Source: Octopus sinensis (lineage: Eukaryota). From it: a stretch of 64,000 nt of DNA. A program made the position numbers and the translations under genes. The DNA lies in assembly GCF_006345805.1 (NCBI RefSeq), contig NC_043003.1, forward strand, positions 19,034,001 to 19,098,000, written 5' to 3'. Within the stretch, counting starts at the first letter, position 1, and the number at the start of each line of letters is the position of its first letter. Below, one piece after another: positions 1 to 12,594 of the stretch. Under the pieces are notes generated by a model, which saw nothing but the letters and a program-made list of their open reading frames with translations, did no database searches and was not told where the DNA came from.

Positions 1-619
1 TGGCGAAAGAGACTAATAGAGTAAGTGCAAGGCTTTAAAAAAATGTACTTGGGTGGATTCAGTTTGCTAGAAATTCTTCAAGGTGGTGCCCCAGCATGGC
101 CACACTCTAATGGATATGGGCTTGCTTTGTTATCACATGGTCTTGAGTTCTGTCTCACTGTATGGCCTCTTAGGTAAGTATCTTCTCCTGCAGCTTTGGG
201 CTGACCTGTGGTTTATGAGGAAGTTCAGTAGCTGGAAATTGTATGGAAGCCTGTTGTGTGTGTGTATAGTGTATGTAGCACAGGCAAGAAGTTCCAAACA
301 GTACTCGATACCAAGAGGTGAGAGTCATTTATGGATATAGCATTGCAGCTGGCACTGTACATTTAGGTTTATGAATTTCACCCTCTTGAACATCAGACTG
401 GCTATAATGTGTTGTATAGTTAATTGATTGTTTAGAATATATGGTCAAGAATATGGGAATTCAGTAGACATTTGGTGGAAAAAAAAAAGAAACATGGAAA
501 AAAGAAAATTTTGCCTTTTCTAGGTGAATTTCTTTATTTTGTACCTTTGAAATAATTTGTTAGCACTGAAACAGTTTTATGACTGTCAGCTTTTCATTTA
601 TGTAAATATTGCATATATA

Positions 620-1000
620 GGCGTAGGAGTGGCTGTGTGGTAAGTAGCTTGCTTATGAACCACATGGTTCCAGGTTCAGTCCCACTGTGTGGCACCTTGG
701 GCAAGTGTCTTCTACTATAGCTTCGGGCCAACCAAAGCCTTGTGAGTGGATTTGGTAGACGGAAACTGAAAGAAGCCCGTCGTATATATGTATGTATATA
801 TGTGTGTGTGTGTGTCCAACATCGCTTGACAACCGATACTGGTGTGTTTATGTCCCCACAACTTAGCAGTTTGGCAAAAGAGACTGATAGAATAAGTACT
901 AGGCTTACAAAGAATAAGTCCTGGAGTCGATTTGCTCGACTAAAGGTGGTGCTCCTACATGGCCACAATCAAATGGCTGAAACGAGTAAAAGAAAGAGAA
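620..1000 (+). mobile_element. tRNA-derived SINE family A (CORE-like centre, internal TA/TG microsatellite). Other + copies: 8279-8658, 13015-13330, 16800-17200, 23016-23400, 31932-32320, 47645-47860, 48208-48558, 48610-48968, 61422-61830
   Basis: A box tggctgtgtggtaag, B box ggttcagtccc, ggcaccttgggcaagtgtctt centre; conserved across more than 10 copies. Confidence 0.9.
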
Positions 1001-1424
1001 AAGACTTAAATAAACTTAGACATGTTTTAGCCAAAAACTGGTCCTGATCCTGTCTAACTTAACAGCACCACCTGACATCATCATCCATCCATTTTCCATG
1101 CAGGCATGGATTGGCCGGCTTGATAAGAACTAGCAATGCCAGGGTCTGCGCCAGGTTCCATAGCCTGTTTTGGCTTGGTCTCTACAGCTGGATGCCTTTC
1201 CTAACCCCAGTCACTTCACAGAGTGTACCGGGTGCTTTGTATGTGGCACCATCACCGGTACTTTTTATGTAACATTTTAAAGTCAAGGTTTGTGGTGTCA
1301 TGGCCCATTCAAGTAGGGAGTTATTGTTGCCTGAGATGTATATATATATGAATGTATATGTGTATGTTTATATGTATATTATGTATGTCTGTATTGATAT
1401 CTCTATATGTCTATAAAATTTCAG

Positions 1425-1550
1425 TTATCGGCAATGCTTTGACCTCGAAGGAGAATCAGGAATTGTCGTTCGTGCTATTGGGACAGCTGTCACATTATCG
1501 AAATCCTTAGTGCTATCTACATCTCCCATGGGGCTTTCACCTTTCAAAGA
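1425..1550 (+). CDS. C2CD5: C2CD5 internal exon (phase 2-2): YRQCFDLEGESGIVVRAIGTAVTLSKSLVLSTSPMGLSPFK
   Basis: tttcag acceptor, gtaagt donor, 126 nt, only one open frame. Matches recalled vertebrate C2CD5 GYLQCFDLEGESGLVVRAIGTACTL. Confidence 0.95.
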
Positions 1551-3418
1551 GTAAGTTATTTGAACATTTTAAAAACATTATTTGAAATCATATTTAATAT
1601 TTTTCCTTTATTTTTTTTCACTTTCTATATTCATTAAAAGCAAGTTTTTTTAAAATCTTTTTGCTAGAAAGTTTGTAGAAGTGGTAATTGGAAGAAAAAT
1701 TTATTGAAAGAGTAATTAGAATATTTTTTGGACACGAAACACTAAATTTTCTAGTCAGTTACTTTGATACTCAAATAAACTAGATTTAAAGTTCCCTGAG
1801 CTGGAGATTAATCTGTTGTGGTATTTGAATCCTATTTATTGTTTTGGAAACTAAATCAAAATTATATCAAAATGTTAATCTTTTCTAAATACTTAAAAAC
1901 CACTTCAAACCATCTCAGGATACACAATGATAATGATAGAATATCATTTTAAAATTAATTATTCTAAACATCTTTATGTTCTTCCATACTTTTTTATTTT
2001 GTTATTTGTGTAAATAGGATTTTTCCGTTTTGTTAAATAGTTTTCAGTTAAATACATTTTTTGTTAACCTTCTATTTTTCATACATTAAAACAGTTAAAC
2101 AATATCTATTTATGCACAACACAGTGTAAATTTAAAAAAGCTGAAGTAAATTCAAATATTGATAAAGCCTCACTGTGAGTTAAATAAGAATGTAAATATA
2201 TCATTTTTGTACTATTGATTTGTGCCCTCCTTCCCTTTTTTCTGCTCATCAGGCACATGGCTTAGTGGGTAAGTTGTTGCATCCATGATCTTAAGATGGT
2301 GATTTTGATTCCTGGACCAACAATATGTTAGGTTCTTGAGCAAAACACTTCTTTTCATGTTCCTCAAATCCACTCAACTGGTAAAACTGAGTAATCCTGT
2401 GATGGACTGGCATCATGTTGAGGGGGAGATATATATATGTCACAGAATTTGGGAAACCTGCCTTATGAGCCCATGGCTCAGGAAGGACCTTTGATCTTTT
2501 GATCCTCCCTTTTTTCCTGCTCATCAGTAGGATGGAAGGAATCTGTTTACATTTCTATTTAACTCACAGTATAGCTTTGTAATATTTAAATTAAAACAGT
2601 TATTTGTTTAGTTTTTTTTCATGTAAATATGATTTTGTGCAACAGATTTATTATTGAAATAAACAAGAAAAAAATCTATTGTATATTGATTATAAATGTT
2701 TGTTTATTTGCAATAATCTCTTCCTAGCGATCTAATCGAGAAAAGCTTACTGAACTATTAATATTGGCCTCAATTGATTATTGCTTAAAGAAATTTGCTT
2801 CTGGTTAATTTTCACATTTTTTTACCCTAGATGTTTTCCCTCTGGCCTGCTTTTATTTCCGTCTTTCCTTTCCTGTTTCAAATGCTTTCTCATTCTTACC
2901 TGGTCTTGTCTAATGCTGGCTTCAAAAGAACATCTAATGTGCAAAATTTCAAAACATAAACTTGATTTATTTTCGTTAGGCGCCTTATGACCGTTTCTTT
3001 TATTTGAAAGATTTATTCTGTTTACAGACATTTGTGTGTGTGTGTGCTTCTGTTAATGTTGGAAATGCTGTACTTTTATTTTAAAAAACATGCTTGTATA
3101 GAGATTAAATAACTCTATATTTGTATAGAGATGAAATAACTCAGTAACACCATCTGACAACAAACATATCAACAAAAAATAAAAACAAACGAACAATAGC
3201 TAAGTTAGTTTTAATATATTTGATGCATAAAATACAGCATAGAACAAACATCTGAATTTTAAAATCTTAAAACATTTTTATTTTTATACTTAATTTGTAA
3301 GATACTTGATGTGAAATTGCCTATCAAAAGAGGTATTTATTGTAACTTGGTCGAGTAAGTTTGCCAATAAAAACAAAAACACTTCTCTTCTTTTTATTAT
3401 TATTATTATTATTATTAT

Positions 3419-4548
3419 CAGTGGAAGACAGTGAGCTGATAGAACTGTTAGTACACCGGACAAAATGCTTAGCAGCATTTATGTTTACGGTTCAAATTCT
3501 GCCAATGTTGATTTTGTCTTTCATCCTTTTGGGGTCAATGAAATAAGCACCAATCAAGCCCTGGGGTCAATGTAATCGACTAGTTGCCTTCCCACACAAA
3601 TTTCAGGCCTTATGCCTACTGAAATGATTATTGTTATCATTATTATTATCATCATCATCATCAGTGAAAAACTGAGCATGCTGGACAAGTTGCTTAGTGT
3701 TCTAAGTTTTAATTTCGCCAAAGTCAACTTATGATTTCATCCTTTCGGAGTTTGTAAAATAAGTACCAGTTAAGCATTGGGGGTCAGTGTAATCAACTAG
3801 CCCCCTCCCCTAAAAAATCTCAGGTCTTGTGTCTGTAGGATTATTAGTATTAAAGGCAGTGAGCTGACAGAATCATCAAGGTGCCAGACAAAATGCTTTG
3901 TAGCATATCTTCTGCCCTTATATTCTGTGTTCATATGCCACCAAGGTCCACTTTGTCTTTTATCCCTTTGGGCTCAACAAAAGTATCAGTTGTGCACTGG
4001 CATTGATATAATTGACTTACTCCCTGAAATTGCTAGCCTTGTGCCAAAAATCAGAAACCATTATTATTATTATTATTATTATTATTATGAAGGCAGCAAG
4101 CTGGCAAAATTGTTAGTATACCGGGCAAAATGCTTGGTGGCATTTCATCCTTCTTTATGATCTGAGTTCGAATTCCTCTGAGGTCAACTTTGCCTTTCAT
4201 CCTTTCAGGGTCATTAAATTAAGTACCAGTTGAGTACTGGGGTCGATGTAATCGACTAGCCCTCTCCCCACAAATTTCAGGCCTTGTGCCTTTAGTAGAA
4301 AGGATTGTTATTATCATCTAATTAGAAGGTGGTGAGCTGGCAGAATCGTTAGCATGCTGGACAAAATGCTTAGCAATATTTTGCCTGTTCCTACATTCTT
4401 TGTTCAAATTCTGCCAGAGTCGACTTTGCTTTTCATCCTTTCAGAGTCGATAAATTAAGCACCAGTGATACACTGGGGATTGATGTAATCAACTTAGTCC
4501 CCTCCCCCAAATTTTAAGCCTTGTGCCCATAGCAGAAATGATTATTAT
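3419..4548 (+). mobile_element. Head-to-tail array of five family-M SINEs separated by (TTA/TCA)n
   Basis: Repeated aaggcggcgagctggcagaa..gcctttcatcctttcggggtcga..aagtaccag..gccttgtgcc units. The central domain resembles the recalled Meta/MESC SINE core. Confidence 0.85.
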
Positions 4549-5287
4549 TATCTAGTTTGCTAATTAGCTAATCAATTGTTTGGTCAATCAATCAATTCAT
4601 TAGAGTCCTGTCTATGACGTTATCAAAAGCATGCACTTTCACAAGTTCTTTGTGACAAAAGTAGAGCAGATGAGGACACATCAATGAGAAGGTTGCAAAC
4701 AGTGGCAAAAAGACTCTGATGAATCAACTCAGTGAATTGATCAGTTAATTAGCTAATTGGTTAGTTAATTAGCTGTTTTCAATTCTGGGTACATCATCAT
4801 CATCATCATCATCGTTTAGCGTCCGTTTTCCATGCTAGCATGGGTTGGACGGTTCTACTGGGGTCTGTGAAGCCAGAAGGCTTCATCAGGCCCAGTCAAA
4901 TCTGGCAGTGTTTCTACGGCTGGATGCCCTTCCTAACGCCAACCACTCCGTGGAATGAGATTAGCTTGTTGAAGTCAACTCCAGTACTTGACTGGTACTT
5001 TATTTTGTTAATCCTGGAAGAATGAAAAGCAAAATTGACCTTTACGAGATTTTGTATTCAGAACATAAAGAGCCAGAATAAAATAGTGGTGCTCCAGCAT
5101 GGTCACAGTCAGATGACTGAAACAAGTAAAAGAGTAATGATTTTGCCTGTCCACTATCCTTGCCTGATAGGAATAAAAGTTAGTGATATATAGCCATTGT
5201 GTGTGTTTTTATTGGCAAAATGAATCACCCAAGGTGCAATAACATTTTAAAATTAATTTTCATACATCAATAAATGTACAATCTGAT

Positions 5288-5795
5288 ATCATCATCATCA
5301 TCATCATCGTTTAATGTCTGATTTCCATGCTGGGACGGGTTGGACGGTTTGACTGAGGACTGGTGAGCTAGAGGCTGCATCAGGCTTCAATCTGATCTGG
5401 CAAAGTTTCTACAGCTGGATGCCCTTCCTCACGCCAACCACACCAAGAGTGTAGTGGGTGCTTTTACGTGACACCAGCACGAGGGCCAGTCAGGCGATTC
5501 TGGCAACGACCATGCTCAAAAGGTGTTTTTTATGTGCTACCTGCATGGGAGCCAGTCCGGCTGCACTGGCAATGACTTCGCTCGAATGTCGTTTTTCACG
5601 TGCCACCGGCACATGTGCCGGTAGGATGACTCTGGCAATGATCACGCTCGAATGGTGCTTTTCACGTGCCACTGGCATGGGAGCCAATCCATGGCCCTGG
5701 CAACGATCATGCTCGGATGTGATTTTAATGTTCCACTGGCATGAGTGCCAATCAAGTGGTACTGTCATCGGCCACGACAACGATTTTGATTTTGA
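5288..5795 (-). mobile_element. RTE-tail SINE family C with (GAT)n end. Other copies: 1075-1275, 4790-4955, 5943-6285, 7590-7752, 14085-14272, 21828-21935, 32430-32968, 57115-57282, 62305-62552; stubs 11991-12038, 40158-40198, 63628-63671
   Basis: Shared gctggatgcccttcctaacgccaacc and catgctagcatggaaaacggacgttaaacgatgatg; internal about 66-nt tandem units. Confidence 0.85.
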
Positions 5796-6879
5796 TGAAT
5801 ACACATTTACTTACTGATTCAGTTAAACTGTTTCAACAATTACAGTGAAATCTGTGTTTCATTGAGGGGGGCAAAATAAAACCAAAATATGTTGAAAGTT
5901 GTCTGTGTAATCACCAGAAAAATGAAAATAGTATGGACCATTTATCATCATCATTTAGCGTCTATTGTCCATTACTGGCATGTGATGGACGATTTGACTG
6001 GGCTGGCATGCTGGAAAGCTGTGCCAGTCTCCAGTCTGATTTAGCATGGTTTTCTACAGCTGGTTGCCCTTCCTAACACCAACCACTCCGAGAGAGTAAT
6101 GGGTGATTTTATGTCCCACCGGCATGGGTGCTATTTGCGTGACATCGGTATGTGCCATGACTGCAATTTTGCTTGGCTTGATGGGTCTTCTTCTCAAGCA
6201 CAACATAATGCCAAAGGTTTTGGTCATTGCCTCCATGAGACCCAATGTTCAAAAGAAACTCAACCACCTCACCTCCATGAGGCTTAACACTCATTTTTCA
6301 TCACATATTTTTTTCTATAGTTAGCTGTTGAACCCTTTGGTTACAATATTTCTGACTGACTTTATTTCAGTTCATTTCGAAAATAATAAAGATTTTAATA
6401 AAATAACTTTGTTGTTAATAATATGGTGTTTGAAGCATAAATTAAAAGGAAATTTTGATGACAGACATTAATTTAGGTCACTGTAAAACAAAAAGTTTGT
6501 ATTATAGACCCGGGACAGCCTCATGCAAGTTGATATGAAAAAATTTAATGCACCCAACATTACATATCTTAACTTTGGCATATTTAATATTGTTTTTTCA
6601 CAGAGATAATATCTCTGATTTATTTCATCTCTTAGCATTGCTATTTTCTTGCACCAGTAAATTTACTATAATGTATATTTACTTAGTGATGGATTCACTA
6701 AGATATGGAGGAGGTCAGAATCGGATCAAAACTTGTGTAAAGCTCTCTGTTGTACTGCACATAAGATATTAATCCACTGACTAATTTTATTAGCTTTTTA
6801 ATAATGCTCCATGTATTAACTACACTAACTTATTTGTATACTTCTATGGTTACTTATTCTATGTGACACCCTAACAATT

Positions 6880-7090
6880 CACCCCATTATGGTTATTGTT
6901 TTGGTATTCGATTCTTGGACCGGGCGACATGTTGTGTTCTTGAGCAAAACACTTCATTTCACGTTGCTCCAGTCCACTCAGCTGGCAAAAATGAGTACCG
7001 CTGTGATGGACTGGCGTCCCGTCCAGCTGGGGAACACATATGCCATTGAAACCGGGAGACCAGGCCCATGAGCCAGGCTAGGCTTTAAAA
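6880..7090 (+). mobile_element. SINE with V-domain-like centre (also 2252-2500, 59672-59912, and 29215-29570 on minus)
   Basis: ctgtgatggactggcgtcccgtccag resembles the recalled V-SINE core. The 2252 copy is flanked by an about 25-bp imperfect direct repeat. Confidence 0.6.
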
Positions 7091-9051
7091 GGGCGCACTT
7101 ATTATTATTATTATTATTATTCTAAGGTTGAATCTGACCAAAGTCGAGGGTGACTACATATTTTATCCTTTTGGGAGTTCATTCAATAAAGTACGAGTGA
7201 AGTACGAGTACTGGAGTTGATTCTTTCTCTGTCCTTCTCTGAGTTGGTTATGTTGCATACTGAAAAACTAAAATGAGATGATTAACTGCAGTTGTTTGAA
7301 TGTTGATGATTTGGCATGGCCTGCTGGACATTCTGCTTGCTTTAGCGACTGCGCTTTTTGGCACTTGGAGACATACACATGGACATACATGTGCAGAAAT
7401 ATACCCATGTGGATTGAAAAAGTGAGAGAAAGAGGTTATAATTCATTAATCAACCCTTTAGCATTCAGATTTCTCTTTCAAAAGTAATGCTTATTTATTC
7501 ACATTGATAAAAATTTGTCATGCGTTACCTTCAAGCTTAGAGATTTCAATGATGTGGTTGTTTATTTTTAAAATAATATCATCTACCACTACACTCACGG
7601 AGTGGTTGGCGTTAGGGAGGGCATCCAGCTGTAGAAACACTACCAGATCAGACTGGAGCCTGGTGCAGCCTCCTGGCTTCCCAGACCCCCCCAGTCGGAC
7701 CATCTAACCCATGCTAACATGGAAAACGGACGTCAAACAATGATGATGATGATCGTAAAGTAAGTGTGAGAGATCGGATCTGACCAGTTTAAATGCTAAT
7801 GGGTTAAACATGACTGACATAAGCACTTTCCTTCTCTTCATACATGTAAAGAGAAATATGTTCACAGACATAAACAGGGAGAGAGGACATGATTTATAAA
7901 TTGAACTCAATTGTCATAAACACCTTTTTCTTCTCATATATATACATGAAGAGAAATATATTTACGTTCATAAACAGAGGGGAGAGGGAGAGAGAGAGAG
8001 AGAAAGGGGTAGGAGAGAATGAAAGAAATATCAAAATGTCTGATGTCAAGTAAGTTAGTGTCAAATCAGCGATGCCAAAATGGCTGTGCCAAACAGCTGT
8101 GCCAAAATGTCTCATACCCACTTATAGTGTCCATTTCTTCAGAAATGGATCCTGGCTGAGTCATGGGATTAGCAGCAACCCCTTCTCAGGAAAAAAAAAA
8201 AAAAAAATTGACACACTGGTAGAACTATCCAATGATGGATTGATGTGGAAGTACAGCTTGGAATAAAAGTTATTCATAGGCACAGACATGGCTGTGTGGT
8301 TAAGAAGCTTGCCTTGCAACCACATGGTTTCAGGTTCAATCCCACTGAGCAGCACTTGGGGGAAAATGTCTACCGCTATAGCCCAGAACCAACCAATACC
8401 ATGTAAGCGGATTTGGTAGGTAGAAACCTTATGGAAGCTCATCATGTGTGTGTGTGTGTGTGTCTGAGTTTGTTACGCCCCTACCATCACTTGACAACCA
8501 GTGTTGGTTTGTTTATGTCCCCATAACTTAGTGGTTTGGCAAAAAGAGATCAGATAGAATAAGTACTGGGGTCAATTTGTTCAGCTAAAAGCCTTTCGAG
8601 GCCATGCCCCAGCATGGCCAAAGTCGAGTGGCTGAAGCAAGTAAAAGATAAAAGATCAATTACTAAATGGGAGCCATTTTCTCATTTATCTTCACTATCT
8701 AGCAATTAAGACTAAATCAATCCACCAAATTTCCAATGCCAGGAACAAGTTTAGATCTACATGCAAAAGAACTGATGGTTTCAAGATTTTATTGCTGTGC
8801 CAGGCATGTTTGTTGCTGACTATATAGTTCACCAAAGAACCATCTATTATGTGATTGATTTTATCGATATTGTAGGAAGAATTAGAATGATTTATTGCTA
8901 CATGCTATTTTTAAATTTAATAAATAATTTCTTTTTTATCTTCTTTGTTATTTGATTAATGAGTAAGCGTTTTCAGCCTTTCTGTTTAATTCGTCTTTTG
9001 ATTTCTGGGTTTTGTGATTGTTCCTTTAATATTTTATCATTCTTTTATTAT

Positions 9052-9755
9052 CATGGCTCAGTGGTTACAGCATCAGGCTTACACTTGTGAAGTTGTGAGT
9101 TTGATTCCCAGACCAGGCTGTTTGTTGTGCTCTTGAGCAAGACACTTTATTTCATGTTGCTGGGTTTGAGTCCCAGACCAGGCTGTGTGTTGTGCTCTTG
9201 AGCAAGACACTTTATTTCATGTTGCTGAGTTTGAGTCCCAGACCAGGCTGTGTGTTGTGCTCTTGAGCAAGACACTTTATTTCATGTTGCTGAGTTTGAG
9301 TCCCAGACCAGGCTGTGTGTTGTGCTCTTGAGCAAGACACTTTATTTCATGTTGCTCCAGTTCACTTAGCTGTAGAAATAATTTGCAATGTCGTTCATGC
9401 CAAGCTGTATCAGCTTTTGCCTTTCTCTTGGTCAATATTGGTGGTGTGGAGATGAGAGACTGGCATGCATGGACGACTGCTGGTCTTCCTCAAACAGCCT
9501 TGCCCAGAGTTGTGCCCAGGATGGGAACTTTCGAGGCACAATCCCTTGGTCATTCATGTATTGCAAACAACTTGCACATGCAAGTGATACCAGTCAAAAG
9601 CTCTGCATACTAGAAACCAGCAAGTGTATGAGGTCATCAGGAGAGAATGTGTGCTATTTTGGGGCCTACCTCTCAACAGCATCAATGCACATCACCCCAC
9701 CCCACCTCACTGATATGAGGCCCTGCTTGCTAGGTCAACTGATTACCAAGTAAAA
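9052..9755 (+). mobile_element. Long SINE family D with internal 4 x 65-bp tandem amplification (9098-9357); single-unit copy at 24930-25245 (-)
   Basis: Four near-identical units agtttgagtcccagaccaggctg..ttcatgttgctg. Confidence 0.85.
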
Positions 9756-10169
9756 CTCAATATTCTTCTATCCATTGCTCATTGTCTCTTTTTAACCAAG
9801 AGACAATGAGAAAACAAAAAAATTCAAACCTGGTCTTTATTCTTTGTGTGTGTAATATATATGGAGAGAGAGATAGCTGTAGCTAGTTCTGATAAGGAGA
9901 TATATTTATTCTTGTGTCTGTATGTATATGTGTGTTCATATATAAATATATATATTGGCTTCTAGGAAGCTATAAACAGTCAGGTCTAGGTGCATGCTTG
10001 CTCACAGTAGAAACAGCTGTGAGCTAATGAAAGTGATTATGTAATGCTTTTTTTTGTTTTTATAATTCATTAATTGATTCTCTGTACTGACCCGGTGGTT
10101 TACTGTAAAGCATGATTATACTGAGTTTTTATTATTTTAAATTTAAATAACTATGTTCTCCAACCGGAA

Positions 10170-10700
10170 ATCAGAAACCATGTTGGGTGTCAGTCAGCAA
10201 GTCATTTTCTTCAAGGAAGGTGATTAGTTTTCTTCTGACTATTCGTTCCATGACCTTGCTGATGTGCAAGGTCAAAGAGATAGGTCTGTAGTTTTTGGCC
10301 TCTGCTCTACTACCTCTTTTATGAACAGGGTATATTTTACCCTCCTTCAGTTTTCTTAGAAGTTTGCCAGCTGGAAGGAAGCTCTGAAAGAGGGACTTGC
10401 TTACATGCTTTTAGAAGGATTGCTGGGAATCCATCGGGGCCAGTAGCTGAGTTTGAGTTCATTTCATCTATAGCCCTTATTACATCGTCTTCCTTTATAT
10501 TGATGTAATCAATCATCACTGCTTCTGTTTTTTTATCTGAAGTGATAAAAAAGTCAGTTGGATTGCTGACTTGCAAGTGTCCTAGGGGTGGAGTGAAAAT
10601 ACTTTTGAATTGCTTATTTAGTATTTCACTTATTCTCATTGGGTTTCCTGTTAGTGAACCATCTTTTTTGAGGAGTGGCCCTATCCTGCAGTGCACTGAA
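10170..10700 (-). mobile_element. CR1/L2-type LINE ORF2 relic (linker plus RT N-terminus, frameshifted)
   Basis: EILNKQFKSIFT..SATGPDGFPAILLK, then PVHKRGSRAEAKNYRPISLTLHISKVMERIV..LLTDTQHGF* in another frame. Confidence 0.9.
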
Positions 10701-10718
10701 GCTGCCTATATGTATGTA

Positions 10719-10750
<32 letters not shown>

Positions 10751-10784
10751 AATTTTTTTCATAATGAGATAAAAAACCAAGGCT

Positions 10785-10990
10785 GAGTAGATTTTAGAAC
10801 ATTCATAGATAGAAGGTCTTACAGCTGTTTCCAGGATATTTATTATATACCTTCATCAGAGATGGTGTGAGAGAATAGTTAAGTAATAGTTAATTTAGAT
10901 ATGATACAAAATAGAGAGTGAGGTGAAGGAAAGAAAATAGATGTGAGATATGTAGGGAAATTGAAGTTGTAGATCCATTTTTTAGGCAAA
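10785..10990 (-). mobile_element. Penelope-like terminal-repeat fragment (second fragment at 31348-31425, + strand)
   Basis: Shared tgtaagaccttctatctat..cagccttggttttt between the two sites, plus the hammerhead motif. Confidence 0.55.
10817..10862 (-). ncRNA. Degenerate type I hammerhead in Penelope-like fragment
   Basis: Minus strand tct-CTGATGA-aggtata..tatcct-g-GAAACAGCTGTA-aga. Palindromic stem III ACAGCTGT, only 3-bp stem I, extra G before GAAA. Confidence 0.6.
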
Positions 10991-11047
10991 ATGGTATACA
11001 TGTATATATATATATGTGTGTATATATGTATATATATATGAACATAT

Positions 11048-11081
<34 letters not shown>

Positions 11082-11229
11082 ATAATTACAATAATTTTCA
11101 TAGAGAAGACTATTGTTATAATAATGAGTTCAGGGCTAATACAATAAATATAATGAATAAGAATAGATATAGAAATAAAAGACTAAATAGTAGGAATAAT
11201 AATGATGATGGTAACATATATTAATTTTA

Positions 11230-11729
11230 GATGCAAACAAATTTATTCGTATTGAATTAGCATTTGTCAAAATCAAGTGTGGAAAACATCATCCATCATG
11301 TAGTGTCTGTTTTCATTGATGCATTTCTGAAAGCTTGTCTGACGTGCTCCATATTTTCCCGGGTCTGTACCATTTTTGGTGCCCCCTCTGGTCTCCTATT
11401 CATTAGTGTACCTTGTGTACAAAGTGCATTCATTCCCCCAATATAAATATTGTGTTACAGATGGGAACAGCCTGACTTCAGTCAATGTTGAAGTGGCACC
11501 AAAACTCACGCTGAACTGCTGTGACAGACTTGTTATTCTTCATGTAACTGTCGTAGGCAAACACACAGTGCTCTATCATCCACAGCGCCATGTCTTCACC
11601 TGAAAAGAAAAAATGCTAAGATATCACAGACTGAATGGTACCTATCAGACATATGTGTCACACCATGGGGGGGGGGATGGCTGAGTAATAGCCATTTCAA
11701 AAATGTCCATCCTCTCTGCCCCACCTGTA
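11230..11729 (-). mobile_element. Internally deleted Tc1/mariner transposon relic
   Basis: Minus strand MALWMIEHCVFAYDSYMKNNKSVTAVQREF.., GTLMNRRPEGAPKMVQTRENMEHVRQA, joined to a C-terminus FQKCINENRHYMMDDVFHT*. One TIR end ..gccccacctg followed by TA at 11728-11729. Confidence 0.8.
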
Positions 11730-12035
11730 TAAGTGCGTCTGGATATAGCACTTTCTGATCATGAAACTTGAAGTAGCTCATGTATAATTCCTGTATTCAT
11801 TAAATTATATAATACATAAACTATAACATGAGTTGTCCCAGAAGAAGCATAATAGGCATTGCATAGGGATTGAACTTGTAAATTTTGGCTCAGTTGTCCA
11901 GCATTTTTAATTGGCAGCTTGGACATTTCAGGTTAGAATCAAGTTTTGGCATTCTGTTTCCTAACAGTGCTTCATTTATATATATATATATCATCATCAT
12001 TTAGCGTCCGCTTTCCATGCTAGCATGGGTTGGAC

Positions 12036-12038
<3 letters not shown>

Positions 12039-12117
<79 letters not shown>

Positions 12118-12138
12118 CATATACATACATACATATAT

Positions 12139-12191
<53 letters not shown>

Positions 12192-12495
12192 CTGCCTCTC
12201 ACAATTTGGCAAGTATAATCAGCCTATATATTTGTCTCTGTCTGTATATATCTATCTTTTTTCTCTCTCTTCTTTCTCTCTCTCTTCTTTCTCTCTCTCT
12301 CTGCTGTCTTCTCTTCTTTCTTTCCTTCTTCTTCCTTCATGCTTTCTCTCTGTTCAAACTGAACTTTTCAGAAATGATGGCCTGTTTCATTAAGGTCAGT
12401 AGGTTTGGCAGTGGTAATATTTGCTTTGGCTGGAAACAATTGATTGCAAACTGGAATGGGCTGCAAAGTTATAACCTGTCTGTTAAGTTAGCAGA

Positions 12496-12544
<49 letters not shown>

Positions 12545-12594
12545 GTATATATGTATATATATGTATATATGTATATATATATATATGTATATAT
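12039..12594. repeat. (TA)n and (CT)n microsatellite cluster (others at 10710-11085, 19060-19255, 28300-28580, 44570-44632, 55755-55845, 56385-56448)
   Basis: Direct inspection. Confidence 0.95.

Noticed and set aside
594-1047. Recurrent ORFs such as RRHLPKVPHSGTEPGTMW (also 48129, 53281, 61351)
   Set aside because: Translations of SINE family A copies.
2728-2804. Possible poison exon
   Set aside because: The acceptor is plausible, but phase-2 entry hits a stop and the donor (gttaat) is weak; no independent support.
4712-4730. CTGATGA as a hammerhead core (also 61975, 60390)
   Set aside because: No correctly placed GAAA, stems or cleavage triplet.
9098-9357. CRISPR-like regular repeat
   Set aside because: Units are contiguous with no unique spacers, lie inside a SINE, and the context is eukaryotic.
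10582-10600. Match between the CR1 relic and the MITE TIR ctagggtggagtgaaaat
   Set aside because: Short, and falls in the conserved FKSIFT coding motif; most likely chance.
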